A stretch of DNA of 64,000 nucleotides from Malacoraja senta (Eukaryota). The first letter of the stretch is position 1. The number at the start of each line of letters is the position of its first letter. The stretch spans positions 310,001 to 374,000 of the forward strand of contig JAXLNO010000202.1 in NCBI GenBank assembly GCA_038087875.1, written 5' to 3'. The notes below the pieces were generated by a model, which saw only the letters and a program-made list of their open reading frames with translations, was not told where the DNA came from and made no database searches. The translations under genes were made by a program, and so were the position numbers. This document shows, piece by piece, positions 27,304 through 40,236 of this stretch.

Positions 27304-28380
27304 AACATAGAAACATAGAAACATAGAAAATAGGTGCAGGAGTAGGCCATTCGGCCCTTCGAGCCTGCACCGCCATTCAATATGATCATGGCTGATCATC
27401 CAACTCAGTATCCCGTACCTGCCTTCTCTCCATACCCCCTGATCCCTTTAGCCACAAGGGCCACATCTAACTCCCTCTTAAATATAGCCAATGAACTGGC
27501 GTCAACTACCCTCTGTGGCAGAGAGTTCCAGAGATTCACCACTCTCTGTGGTGAAAAAGTTTTTCCTCATCTCGGTCTTAAAGGATTTCCCCCTTATCCT
27601 TAAGCTGTGACCCCTTGTCCTGGACTTCCCCAACATCGGGAACAATCTTCCTGCATCTAGCCTGTCCAACCCCATAAGAATTTTGTACGTTTCTATAAGA
27701 TCCCCTCTCAATCTCCTAAATTCTAGCGAGTATAAGCCAAGTCTATCCAGTCTTTCTTCATATGAAAGTCCTGACATCCCAGGAATCAGTCTGGTGAACC
27801 TTCTCTGCACTCCCTCTATGGCTATAATGTCCTTCCTCAGATTTGGAGACCAAAACTGTACGCAATACTCCAGGTGTGGTCTCACCAAGACCCTGTACAA
27901 CTGCAGTAGAACCTCCCTGCTCCTATACTCAAATCCTCTTGCTATGAAGGCCAACATACCATTCGCTTTCTTCACTGCCTGCTGCACCTGCATGCCTACT
28001 TTCAATGACTGGTGTACCATGACACCCAGGTCTCGCTGCATCTCCCCATTTCCTAATCGGCCACCATTTAGATAATAGTCTGCCTTCCCGTTTTTGCCAC
28101 CAAAGTGGATAACCTCACATTTATCCACATTATACTGCATCTGCCAAACATTTGCCCACTCACCCAGCCTATCCAAGTCACCTTGCAGTCTCCTAGCATC
28201 CTCCTCACAGCTAACACTGCCCCCCAGCTTAGTGTCATCCGCAAACTTGGAGATGTTGCTTTCAATTCCCTCGTCCAGATCATTAATATAAATTGTAAAT
28301 AGCTGGGGTCCCAGCACTGAGCCTTGCGGTACCCCACTAGTCACTGCCTGCCATTGTGAAAAGGACCCGTTTACTCCTAC
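27304..28380 (-). mobile_element. CR1 RT, young subfamily, inserted in an older plus-strand CR1 (~27020-28500)
   Basis: Nearly identical to 24480-25550; the host CR1 sequence resumes at ~28386. Confidence 0.9.
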
Positions 28381-29826
28381 CCTTTGCAGAAAGCAGGGAC
28401 TCTGCAGAAGGACTTGGACAGGTTGGGAGAGTGGGCAGAGAAGTGGCAGATGGAATATAGTGCAGCAAAGTGTAAATAAAGGCATAGACTATTTTCTAAA
28501 TGGGGTTATGGGGCGAGAGCAGGAGAATGGGGTTGAGAGGGAAAGATAGATCAGCTATGATTGATTGGTGGAGGAGACTTGATGGGCCGAATGGCCCAAT
28601 TCTGTTCCTAGAACCTTTGTATCTGTACACTGTGGATGCTGGATTGAAATCTTGTATTGTCTTTCCGCTGACTGGTTAGCACGCGGTCAAAAGCCTCGGT
28701 ACATGTGACAATAAACTAAAGTTAAAGCAATGGCTGCCTCGCCAACAGTCTGTCTGTCCCTTCCTTCATGGGTTTTAATAGAACATGTTAAATGTATGTT
28801 TTTAGTCTTCTTTAGCTTGCTTTATGTGGGGAGGGGGGGGGAGGTGGGGTTGGGGGAAACCTTTTCTAATCTCTTACCTAGAGAGAGATGCGATTTTGTT
28901 TCCGTATCATTTCTCCGTCCGCACTGCGGCCTAACATCAAGGACTTGGCGGCCTTTGCTGGAGACCGATTTTGAGAGCTCCACGTGGTCGTGGAGACGAG
29001 GAAACACTTTTTCACCCAGAGAGTGGTGAGTCTGTGGAATTCTCTGCCTCAGAGGGCGGTGGAGGCCGGTTCTCTGGATACTTTCAAGAGAGAGCTAGAT
29101 AGGGATCTTAAAGTTAGCAGAGTCAGGGGATATGGGGAGAAGGCAGCAACGGGGTACTGATTGGGGATGATCGGCCATGATCACATTGAATAGCGGTGCT
29201 GTCTCGAAAGGCCGAGTGGCCTACTCCTGCACCTATTGTCTATTGTCTATTGTCTATTGATCCCTTTGCCAGGGATCGACCTCGGATCAACCAGGGATCG
29301 ACCTCGGAGCTCCAACCATGGGTGCCTGCGGACTTACATCACGGAGCCCGCGGTTTCTTGTTAGAGACCGACTTTGGGAGCTCCAAGCTGCAGAAGCTTC
29401 GACCGCCGGTTGTGGGAGCTTCGATCGCATCAACGGATGGTTCAACTGCCCCGACTGCAGGAGAATAAAGAGGAAGAAGATTGGGCTTTCCTGCCTTCCA
29501 ACACAGTGAGGAATGTGGGGAATCCGCTGTGGTGGATGTTTATGTTAACTTTAATGTAGCTGTGTTGCATATGGCTGTATGGTTATTCACAGATTACTGT
29601 TCCTTAATTGGTGAACGTGACAATAAAAGACCTTTGAAACCGTTGAACTTTAACTGAACGAGCTGTTGGACAAAGGGTCTGTTTGGTTTCTCAATGACTC
29701 CGTGACACTAAAAGTAAGGAAGGTTGATGAAGAAAACGCCTTGGAAGCAAATTACAGTTTTATTGTTGGAATTTGTTCAGCGTGGCTACGTGAAGATATT
29801 TTACACATATTCTCACCAAGTAGGCA

Positions 29827-29923
29827 AATGTTTGACGAAGGGTTTCGACCAAAACGTTGCCTATTTCCTTCGCTGCATAGATGCTGCCTCACCCGCTGAG
29901 TTTCTCCAGCATTTTTGTCTCCC
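29827..29923 (+). mobile_element. 97-bp Penelope-derived mini-element
   Basis: Degenerate hammerhead head; 15-bp TSD ctcaccaagtaggca (29812-29826, 29924-29938). Confidence 0.75.
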
Positions 29924-30014
29924 CTCACCAAGTAGGCAGTTGGTTTACAGGCATGGACTCTCCTCGATCAATCTTGCAGCTGCAGTAACTCACTTCAGTA
30001 CTACCTTGTTTCAT

Positions 30015-30152
30015 CTTCTTCTTGCGTACAGCGTGCACAGCCTACAGTTGCAGGACAACTTGTTCTATTTGATCTTATTTGATTGTGCACGCCGGGTTGA
30101 TTGCATTCGTCGAAACAGGGCGGACCACGTGAAGGTTGCAATCTCCCACCCC
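30015..30152 (-). mobile_element. Short non-autonomous retroelement headed by an HDV-like ribozyme, full-length copy
   Basis: 138 bp with a 3' (AAG)n tail. TSD-like flanks ttgtttcat (30006-30014) / ttgttgcat (30153-30161). The 5' end coincides with ribozyme G1. The 3' half has a GCGTGCACA/TGTGCACGC stem. Confidence 0.8.
30099..30152 (-). ncRNA. HDV-like (CPEB3-like) self-cleaving ribozyme with minimal P4
   Basis: Minus strand: GGGGUGG(P1) GA GAUUGCA(P2) ACC(P3) UUCACGU(L3) GGU(P3') CCGCCCU(P1', G1-U wobble) GU UUCGA CGAA(J4/2, catalytic C) UGCAAUC(P2'). All helices pair in nested double-pseudoknot order. Confidence 0.85.
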
Positions 30153-30229
30153 TTGTTGCATACGAAATGTGTAGGAAGGAACTGCAGATGCTGATGCTGA
30201 TTTAAACTGAAGATAGACACAGACACAGA

Positions 30230-31890
30230 TTAGTTATAACAAATGTAGGTCCCTTGCAGTCAGAAACAGGCGAATTGATCATGGGAACAAGGACATGGCA
30301 GACCAATTGAATAACTACTTTGGTTCTGTCTTCACTAAGGAAGACATAAATAATCTGCCGGAAATAGCAGGGGACCGGGGGTCAAATGAGATGGGGGAAC
30401 TGGATTAAAGGCCGATAAATTGCATCCCAGAGTGTTTAAGGGAGTAGCCCCAGAAATAGTGGATGCATTAGTGATAATTTTTCAAAACTCTTTAGATTCT
30501 GGAGTAGTTCCTGAGGATTGGAGGTTAGCTAATGTAACCCCACTTTTTAAGAAGGGAGGGAGAGAGGGGAATTACAGACCAGTTAGTCCAACATCGGTAG
30601 TGGGGAAAATGGATTTATGAAAGGTAAATCATGTCTGATGAATCTTATAGAATTTTTCGAGGATGTAACTAGTAGAGTGGATAAGGGAGAACCAGTGGAT
30701 GTGTTATATCTGGACTTTCAGAAGGCTTTCGACAAGGTCCCACATAAAAGATTAATATATAAACTTAAAGCACATGGTATTGGGGGTTCAGTATTGATGT
30801 GGATAGAGAACTGGCTGGCAGACAGGAAGCAAAGAGTAGGATTAAACGGGTCCTTTTCAGAATGGCAGGCAGTGACTAGTGGGGTACCGCAAGGCTCAGT
30901 GCTGGGACCCCAGCTATTTACAATATATATTAATGATCTGGATGAGGGAATTGAATGCAACATCTCCAAGTTTGCGGATGACACGAAGCTGGGGGGGGGG
31001 CAGTGTTAGCTGTGAGGAGGATGCTAGGAGGCTGCAAGGTGACTTGGATAGGTTGCGTGAGTGGGCAAATGCATGGCAGGCAGTATAATGTGGATACATG
31101 TGAGGTTATCCACTTTGGTGGCAAAACAGGAAAGTAGACTATTATCTGAATGGTGCCCAATTAGGAAAAGGGGAGATGCAACAAGACCTGGGTGTATTGG
31201 TACACCAGTCATTGAAAGTAGGCATGCAGGTGCAGCAGGCAGTGAAGAAAGCGAATGGTATGTTAGCATTCATAGCAAAAGGATTTGAGTATATTAGCAG
31301 GGAGGTTCTACTGCAGTTGTACAGAGTATTGCGTACAGTTTTGGTCTCCTAATCTGAGGAACGACATTCTTGCCATAGAGGTACAGAGAAGGTTCACCAG
31401 ACTGATTCCTGGGATGGCAGGACTTTCATATGAAGAAAGACTGGATGGAGTCGGCTTTTACTCGCTAAAATTTAGAAGATTGAGGGGGGATCTTATAGAA
31501 ACTTACAAAATTCTTAACGGGTTGGACAGGCTAGATGCAGGAAGATTATTCCTGATGTTGGGGAAGTCCAGAACAAGGGGCCACAGTTTAAGGATAAGGG
31601 GGAAGTCTTTTAGGACCAAGATGAGAAAAACATTTTTCACACAGAGAGTGGTGAATCTCTGGAACTCTCTGCCACAGAAAGTAGTTGAGGCCAGTTCATT
31701 GGCTATATTTAAGAGCGAGTTAGATGTGGCCCTTGTGGCTAAAGGGATCAGGGGGTATGGAGAGAAGGCAGGTACAGGATACTGAGTTGGATGATCAGCC
31801 ATGATCATATTGAATGGCGGTGGTGGCTCGAAGGGCCGAATGGCCTACTCCTGCACCTATTTTCTATGTTTCTATGTTTCTATGTTTCTA
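30230..31890 (+). mobile_element. CR1, degenerate with internal deletions
   Basis: ORFs 30420-30620, 30617-31009 and 31285-31785; (TTCTATGT)n tail. Confidence 0.9.
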
Positions 31891-32326
31891 AAAAAGCTGG
31901 AGTAACTCAGTGGGACAGGCAGCATCTCTGGAGAGAAGGAATGGGTGAGGTTTTAAGTCTTGAGCGGTACCTTGTTGCATGTTGCTTGCTGTTTTAATGG
32001 TGGTTTTCATGCGCGGAGTCTCCCATTTAAAGTTCCATCAATCTCTGCAGCTGAGCAGGGTCTGTGACGAGGGGTTGAGAAGGTCACCATCACCTCAGTG
32101 AGTACGGGCACTTCCTCATCCACGGTTCATCGCAGCCCCTGTGAAAAATGTTGGTGCCATTAAAGTCTGGTGTAGTCCCTGCAATATGAATGTTAACGAC
32201 TTGGGAACATTTGTCTTCATCAGTGGAGGTTGGGCAAGGGGAGACGATCGCGTACATTCATGATGAATGGTCGACTTGGCAAGTATCTGCTCCAGCTTTG
32301 ATCAGTGTCTGGTCCAGGACAGACAA

Positions 32327-32610
32327 GAGGCCAACAGTGTCGCAGCAGTAGAGTTGCTGCCTCACAGCGTCAGAGTCCCGCGTTGAATCCTGACTACGGG
32401 TGCTGTCTGTATGGAGTTTGTACGTTCTCCCTGTGACTGCGTGGGTTTTCTCCAGAGGCTCCGGTTTCCTCCACACTCCAAAGACGTACAAGTTTGTAGA
32501 TTAATTGGCTAGAAAGATTGTAAATGATCCCTAGTGTGTGTAGATAGTGTTAGTGTGCGGGGATCGCTGGTCAGCACGGACTTGGTGGGCTGAAGGGCCT
32601 GTTTCTGTGC
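32327..32610 (+). mobile_element. HE1-like tRNA-derived V-SINE (other copies ~9330-9535 -, 33838-34095 +, 35745-36035 -, 46318-46500 -, 53360-53665 -, 56222-56500 +)
   Basis: A/B-box head (gcagcggtagag...ggttcgatcc), central ctccggtttcctcccacactccaaagac core, and a 3' gggccgaagggcctgtttc tail resembling the CR1 3' end at ~20925. Confidence 0.8.
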
Positions 32611-35600
32611 TATATCTCCAAACTAAACTAGTGTAAGGGTGATCGCTGGTCGGCACGGACTCGGTGGGCTGAAGGGCCTGTTTCTGCACAGTATCTACTG
32701 TAGATGAATGGTCTACTGCACCTATTGTCTATTATCGCTAAACTAAACCAGTGTGTGGGGATCGCTGGTCGGCACAGACTCGGTGGGCTGAAGGGCCTGT
32801 TCTTGTGCTGTATCTAGACTAAAAGCATTGCGTGCTTGCCTGTGTTCAAGAGTGAGTGAGGCACGGTGTAGATGCTGGAGTCCAATCAGTGTGCTCATCC
32901 TGCCCCCACCCCCACCAGCACACCCTCCACAGCGATCGGCACCCATGGGTCAAATATTCTCACAGCAACTCCCACCCAGGGGTGGCCACTGGCAGTTTAG
33001 TTTAACGCAGTAACAGGCCCTTCAGCCCACCCAGTCCGTGCCGACCAGCGATCCCGCAGACTAACACTATCCTACACATTCTCTGTGTGTCCTAGTGATT
33101 TTACTTGGACTCAAGTATTGTCTCTTGGCATGCTTGATGGTTTAGCGGAGATCCTAGCGGGCCTTATTGTACCGCTCAGGGTGGTTTAACGTATGCAGCA
33201 GACCTGGCCTTAACCTGTGAATGTCCCGCGTGGTTCATCCATGGTTTCCGGTTGGGCAACACTCGCATTGACTTGATCGGCACACAGTCTTCCACGTTCT
33301 TGACGATGAAGTCGTCACGGCAGTAGCATACTCATTCAGGTTAGCTGCGGCATCCCTGAATATGGACCAGCCCATTGACTCCGAGCCTGCTCAACCACTC
33401 CCTATAGAGTGGATGGAGTGGATGGGGGGAGGATGTTTCCACTAGTGGGAGAGTCTAGGACCAGAGCTCACAGCCTCAGAATAAAAGGGAGGTTCCTTTG
33501 CGAAGGAGATGAGGAGGAATTTCTTCAGTCAGAGGGCGGTGAATCTGTAGAATTCTTTGCCACCGACGGCTGTTGAGGCCAAGTCAGTGGATATTTTTAA
33601 GGCAGAGGTAGATAGATTCTTGATTAGTACAGGTGTCAGAGGTTATGGGAGAAGGCAGGAGAATGGGGTTAGGAGGGAGAGATAGATCAGCCATGATTGA
33701 ATGGTGGAGTAGACTTGATGGGCCGAATGGCCTAATTCTACTCCTATCCCTTATGAACATGACCAAAGCACAATTCTTTTGTTGATGGTGATATGATGTT
33801 GTTCCACAATATGTATGTACAGTACATGGTATGTATGGGGCAGCATGGTGGAGCAGCGGTAGAGTTGCTGCCTCACAGCGTTAGAGACCCGGGTTCCATC
33901 CTGACTACGGGTGCTGTCTGTACGGAGTTTGTACCTTCTCCCGTGACCTGTGTGAGTTTTCTCCAGGAGCTCCGGTTTCCTCCCACACTCCAAAGACGTG
34001 CAGGTTAATTGGCTTCAGTGAAGATTGGAAATTGTCCCTGGCGTGTAGGATAGTGTTAGTGTGCGGGGATCGCTGGTCGGCGCGGACTCGGTGGGTGAAA
34101 CATTTGGAAAGAAGAAGAAATAAACAGGTGTTTAAGAAAGAACTGCAGATGCTGGAGAAATCAAAGGTAGACAAAAATGCTGGAGAAACTCAGTGGGTGA
34201 GGCGGCATCTATGGAGCGAAGGAATATGCGACGTTTCAGGTCGAGACCCTTCTTCACCTATTCCTTTGCTCCATAGATGCTGCCTCATCCGCTGAGTTTC
34301 TCCAGAAATAAACAGGTGTTAAGCACAAATTAAAGCCCCAGCTGATGTTGTACTGAATGCTGAGCCTGAGCTGCCACAATCACACTTGGTGTGGCGGGGC
34401 CAAGGGAAGAGACGTTCCATACAAGAGACGTTGACACCTCTGCTGTCACCCCAGCCCCAGCCTGTCCACAAATGATTCCTTGTCCTGGCTTCAGCTGTGG
34501 TGAGAAGGAGCAGCCAGACTGGCATGGAACCCCAACCCTGCTAGTACAATGTCGCTACAAACACAGCCGCAGCCGAATCAATGACCAATATTTATTCCAC
34601 CACAAACAATTGTACATCTAAATGCAACCTTCAAATTATTTCTAGAACCAAACCCATATCTGGGGAGGAATGAGTTGTCAAATGCAGATCAGCAGAAGGA
34701 TTAAATTACAGGAATAAACCAGTAAATGGGACCCAACGCTCTTTGCGTTTTTGATAAAAAATGTTATTGCATTGGCTTCATATAATGCCTGATGGTTCCA
34801 AAACAGCAGGGCTTTCCAGCCCTTAAATAATTGCCATGGCAACAGGGAATTGGTTCTCTGTCAGCGCTCTGTGGCACTGTGACAACTCCTTTCATTTGCA
34901 CTGTATTTTAATTTGATTCACAGGCTGTTGGGAATCTGTATGTGTTTGTGGCTCACACTGAGTGCCAGGAGCCTGCAGTTCATAACCCTAACCCTCACCC
35001 TCACCCTCACCCCTCAGCAACGAGCAGGCACTGAGTGCCAGGAGCCTGCAGTTCCTCATGCTCCCCTCTCCACAGGCAGTGAGAGTGCACTCAGACAGCG
35101 TAGAGCCCTCACCCTCACCCTCACCCGCACCCCCAGCTCACCCCTCTGCCGTGTGAAGTCTCAGCACCGAGCAGGCACCAAGACCTAACAGGCAAGAGGG
35201 TACACCGATGCCTTTGTGAGGCAGTGCCTCCTGTAGATCCCTTCGATGGTGGGGAGGTCAGTACCTGTGATGGACATTGGTTGGTGGGGAGGTCAGTACC
35301 TGTGATGGACATTCGATGTGGAGGAGGTCAGTACCCGTGATGGACCGGGCAGTGTCCACGACTTTTTGAGTATGTAAGGATTTCAGACAAGGAGGAAATA
35401 TAGGCTGTCAGTTGATATTTTCCTCTCTCAGCTTAAACCTATGTCCTTTGGATCTTGATTCCCCACCATGGGTGTAAAACTAACCCTATCTATTCCTCCC
35501 TTGATTTTGTACACCTCTATAAGATCATTCCTCAGTCTCCTGCGCTCCAAGGAATAGTGTCCCAGCCTGCCCCAACCTCTCCCTATAGCTCACACCCTCT

Positions 35601-36227
35601 AGTCCTGGCAACATCCTCGTAAATCTTCTCTGCACCGTTCCAGCGTAACGACATCCATCCAGCAGTGACCACAAATGAGCACAATCCTCCAGATGTGGTC
35701 TCACTATTATCTTGTACAACAGTAACATAATGTCCCAACTTTTAGTTTAGTTTAGAGATACAGCATGAAAACAGGCCCTTCGGCCCTTCTGCCCACCGAG
35801 TCCACTCCTTCACACTAGTTCTATGTTATCCCACTTTTCCATCCACTCCCTACACACTAGAAGCAATTTATAGACCCACACATCTTTGGGTGTGGGAGGA
35901 AACTGGAGCACACAGAGAAATTCCACGCGGTCACAGGGAGAACGTGCAAACTTCACACAGACAGCACCCGAGTGCAGAATCAAACCCGGATCACTGGCAC
36001 TGGGAGGCAGCAATGCTGTTGCTGCGCCATTGTGCCGTCCTTCTCAATATTCTCAATTCTTCACGATGAAGTCCAATGTACCAAAAGGCTTCTTTACCAG
36101 CATATTTCCCTTTGACGCCACTTTCAGGCAACAATAGTATATACCTGCACTCATAGATGCCTCTGCTTTTACCTGTCTACCTGTCCACTCCCTGCCTACC
36201 TGTGACGCCACTTTCAGGGAATCGTGA

Positions 36228-39200
36228 GAAACGTCACCCATCCATGTTCCCCACAGATGCTGCCTGACCCGCTGAGTTACTCCAGCACTCTGTGAAACGT
36301 CACCTATCCATGTTCCCCACAGATGCTGCCTGACCCGCTGAGTTACTCCAGCACTCTGTGAAACGTCACCTATCCATGTTCTCCACAGATGCTGCCTGAC
36401 CCGCCGAGTTACTCCAGCACTATGTGAAACGTCACCTATCCATGTTCTCCACAGATGCTGCCTGACCCGCTGAGTTACTCCAGCACTCTGTGAAACGTCA
36501 CCTATCCATGTTCTCCACAGATGCTGCCTGACCCGCTGAGTTACTCCAGCACTCTGTGAAACGTCACCTATCCATGGTCTCCACAGATGCTGCCTGACCC
36601 GCTGAGTTACTCCAGCACTCTGTGAAATGTCACCTATCCATGGTCTCCACAGATGCTGCCTGACCCGCTGAGTTACTCCAGCACTCTGTGAAACGTCACC
36701 TATCCATGTTCTCCACAGATGCTGCCTGACCCGCTGAGTTACTCCAGCACTCTGTGAAACGTCACCTATCCATGTTCTCCACAGATGCTGCCTGACCCGC
36801 TGAGTTACTCCAGCACTCTGTGAAATGTCACCTATCCATGGTCTCCACAGATGCTGCCTGACCCGCTGAGTTACTCCAGCACTCTGTGAAATGTCACCTA
36901 TCCATGGTCTCCACAGATGCTGCCTGACCCGCTGAGTTACTCCAGCACTCTGTGAAACGTCACCTATCCATGTTCTCCACAGATGCTGCCTGACCCGCTG
37001 AGTTACTCAGCACTCTGTGAAACGTCACCTATCCATGTTCTCCACAGATGCTGCCTGACCCGCTGAGTTACTCCAGCACTCTGTGAAATGTCACCTATCC
37101 ATGGTCTCCACAGATGCTGCCTGACCCGCTGAGTTACTCCAGCACTCTGTGAAACGTCACCTATCCATGTTCTCCACAGATGCTGCCTGACCCGCTGAGT
37201 TACTCCAGCACTGTGTGAAACGTCACCTATCCATGTTCTCCACAGATGCTGCCTGACCCGCTGAGTTACTCCAGCACTCTGTGAAACGTCACCTATCCAT
37301 GGTCTCCAGAGATGCTGCCTGACCCGCTGAGTTACTCCAGCACTCTGTGAAACGTCACCTATCCATGTTCTCCACAGATGCTGCCTGACCCGCTGAGTTA
37401 CTCCAGCACTCTGTGAAATGTCACCTATCCATGGTCTCCACAGATGCTGCCTGACCCGCTGAGTTACTCCAGCACTCTGTGAAATGTCACCTATCCATGG
37501 TCTCACAGATGCTGCCTGACCCGCTGAGTTACTCCAGCACTCTGTGAAACGTCACCTATCCATGTTCTCCACAGATGCTGCCTGACCCGCTGAGTTACTC
37601 CAGCACTCTGTGAAACGTCACCTATCCATGTTCTCCACAGATGCTGCCTGACCCGCTGAGTTACTCCAGCACTCTGTGAAATGTCACCTATCCATGGTCT
37701 CCACAGATGCTGCCTGACCCGCTGAGTTACTCCAGCACTCTGTGAAACGTCACCTATCCATGGTCTCCACAGATGCTGCCTGACCCGCTGAGTTACTCCA
37801 GCACTCTGTGAAACGTCACCTATCCATGTTCTCCACAGATGCTGCCTGACCCGCTGAGTTACTCCAGCACTCTGTGAAACGTCACCTATCCATGTTCTCC
37901 ACAGATGCTGCCTGACCCGCTGAGTTACTCCAGCACCCTGTGAAACGTCATCTATCCATGTTCTCCACAGATGCTGCCTGACCCGCTGAGTTACTCCAGC
38001 ACCCTGTGAAACGTCATCTATCCATGTTCCCCACAGATGCTGCCTGACCCGCTGAGTTACTCCAGCACTCTGTGAAACGTCACCTATCCATGTTCTCCAC
38101 AGATGCTGCCTGACCCGCTGAGTTACTCCAGCACATTGTGAAACGTCAACTATCCATGTTCTCCACAGATGCTGCCTGACCCGCTGAGTTACTCCAGCAC
38201 ATTGTGAAACGTCAACTATCCATGTTCTCCACAGATGCTGCCTGACCCACTGAGTTACTCCAGCACCCTGTGAAACGTCACCTATCCATGTTCTCCACAG
38301 ATGCTGCCTGACCCCGCTGAGTTACTCCAGCACTCTGTGAAACGTCACCTATCCATGTTCTCCACAGATGCTGCCTGACCCGCTGAGTTACTCCAGCACT
38401 CTGTGAAACGTCACCTATCCATGGTCTCCACAGATGCTGCCTGACCCGCTGAGTTACTCCAGCACTCTGTGAAATGTCACCTATCCATGGTCTCCACAGA
38501 TGCTGCCTGACCCGCTGAGTTACTCCAGCACTCTGTGAAATGTCACCTATCCATGGTCTCCACAGATGCTGCCTGACCCGCTGAGTTACTCCAGCACTCT
38601 GTGAAACGTCACCTATCCATGTTCTCCACAGATGCTGCCTGACCCGCTGAGTTACTCCAGCACTCTGTGAAACGTCACCTATCCATGGTCTCCAGAGATG
38701 CTGCCTGACCCGCTGAGTTACTCCAGCACTCTGTGAAACGTCACCTATCATGTTCTCCACAGATGCTGCCTGACCCGCTGAGTTACTCCAGCACTCTGTG
38801 AAATGTCACCTATCCATGGTCTCCACAGATGCTGCCTGACCGCTGAGTTACTCCAGCACTCTGTGAAATGTCACCTATCCATGGTCTCCACAGATGCTGC
38901 CTGACCCGCTGAGTTACTCCAGCACTCTGTGAAACGTCACCTATCCATGTTCTCCACAGATGCTGCCTGACCCGCTGAGTTACTCAGCACTCTGTGAAAC
39001 GTCACCTATCCATGTTCTCCACAGATGCTGCCTGACCCGCTGAGTTACTCCAGCACTCTGTGAAATGTCACCTATCCATGGTCTCCACAGATGCTGCCTG
39101 ACCCGCTGAGTTACTCCAGCACTCTGTGAAACGTCACCTATCCATGGTCTCCACAGATACTGCCTGACCCGCTGAGTTACTCCAGCACTGTGTGAAACGT

Positions 39201-40236
39201 CACCTATCCATGTTCTCCACAGATGCTGCCTGACCCGCTGAGTTACTCCAGCACTGTGTGAAACGTCACCTATCCATGTTCTCCACAGATGCTGCCTGAC
39301 CCGCTGAGTTACTCCAGCACTCTGTGAAATGTCACCTATCCATGGTCTCCACAGATGCTGCCTGACCCGCTGAGTTACTCCAGCACTCTGTGAAACGTCA
39401 CCTATCCATGGTCTCCACAGATGCTGCCTGACCCGCTGAGTTACTCCAGCACTCTGTGAAACGTCACCTATCCATGTTCTCCACAGATGCTGCCTGACCC
39501 GCTGAGTTACTCCAGCACTCTGTGAAACGTCACTATCCATGTTCTCCACAGATGCTGCCTGACCCGCTGAGTTACTCCAGCACTCTGTGAAACGTATCCA
39601 TGTTCTCCACAGATGCTGCCTGACCCGCTGAGTTACTCCAGCACTCTGTGAAATGTCACCTATCCATGGTCTCCACAGATGCTGCCTGACCCGCTGAGTT
39701 ACTCCAGCACTCTGTGAAACGTCACCTATCCATGGTCTCCACAGATGCTGCCTGACCCGCTGAGTTACTCCAGCACTCTGTGAAACGTCACCTATCCATG
39801 TTCCGGCAGCATCTATAGAGCGAAGGAAATAGGCAACGTTTCGGCCCGAAACCCTTCCGGGTTTCGGCCCAAAACGTTGCCTATTTCCTTCAGGGTTTCG
39901 GCCCGAAAGGTTGCCCATTTCCTTCGCTCCACAGACGCTGCCTGTCCCGCTGAGTTACTCCAGCACTCTGTGAAACGTCACCTATCCATGTTCTCCACAG
40001 ATGCTGCCTGACCCGCTGAGTTACTCCAGCACTCTGTGAAACGTCACCTATCCATGTTCTCCACAGATGCTGCCTGACCCGCTGAGTTACTCCAGCACTG
40101 TGTGAAACGTCACCTATCCATGTTCTCCACAGATGCTGCCTGACCCGCTGAGTTACTCCAGCACTGTGTGAAACGTCACCTATCCATGTTCTCCACAGAT
40201 GCTGCCTGACCCGCTGAGTTACTCCAGCACTGTGTG
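36228..40236 (+). repeat. 66-bp satellite array, roughly 58-60 units
   Basis: Unit gaaacgtcacctatccatgttctccacagatgctgcctgacccgctgagttactccagcactctgt. Smaller arrays at ~600-1000, 6874-7135, 9573-9890 (minus) and 21648-22105. Confidence 0.97.

Noticed and set aside
33838..33910. tRNA gene
   Set aside because: The A/B boxes belong to a SINE head that continues into the SINE core; no complete cloverleaf.
34983..35125. Interstitial telomeric repeat
   Set aside because: Only two TAACCC units plus a few TCACCC variants.
36228..40236. CRISPR-like array
   Set aside because: Units are contiguous with no unique spacers, there are no cas genes, and the context is eukaryotic.
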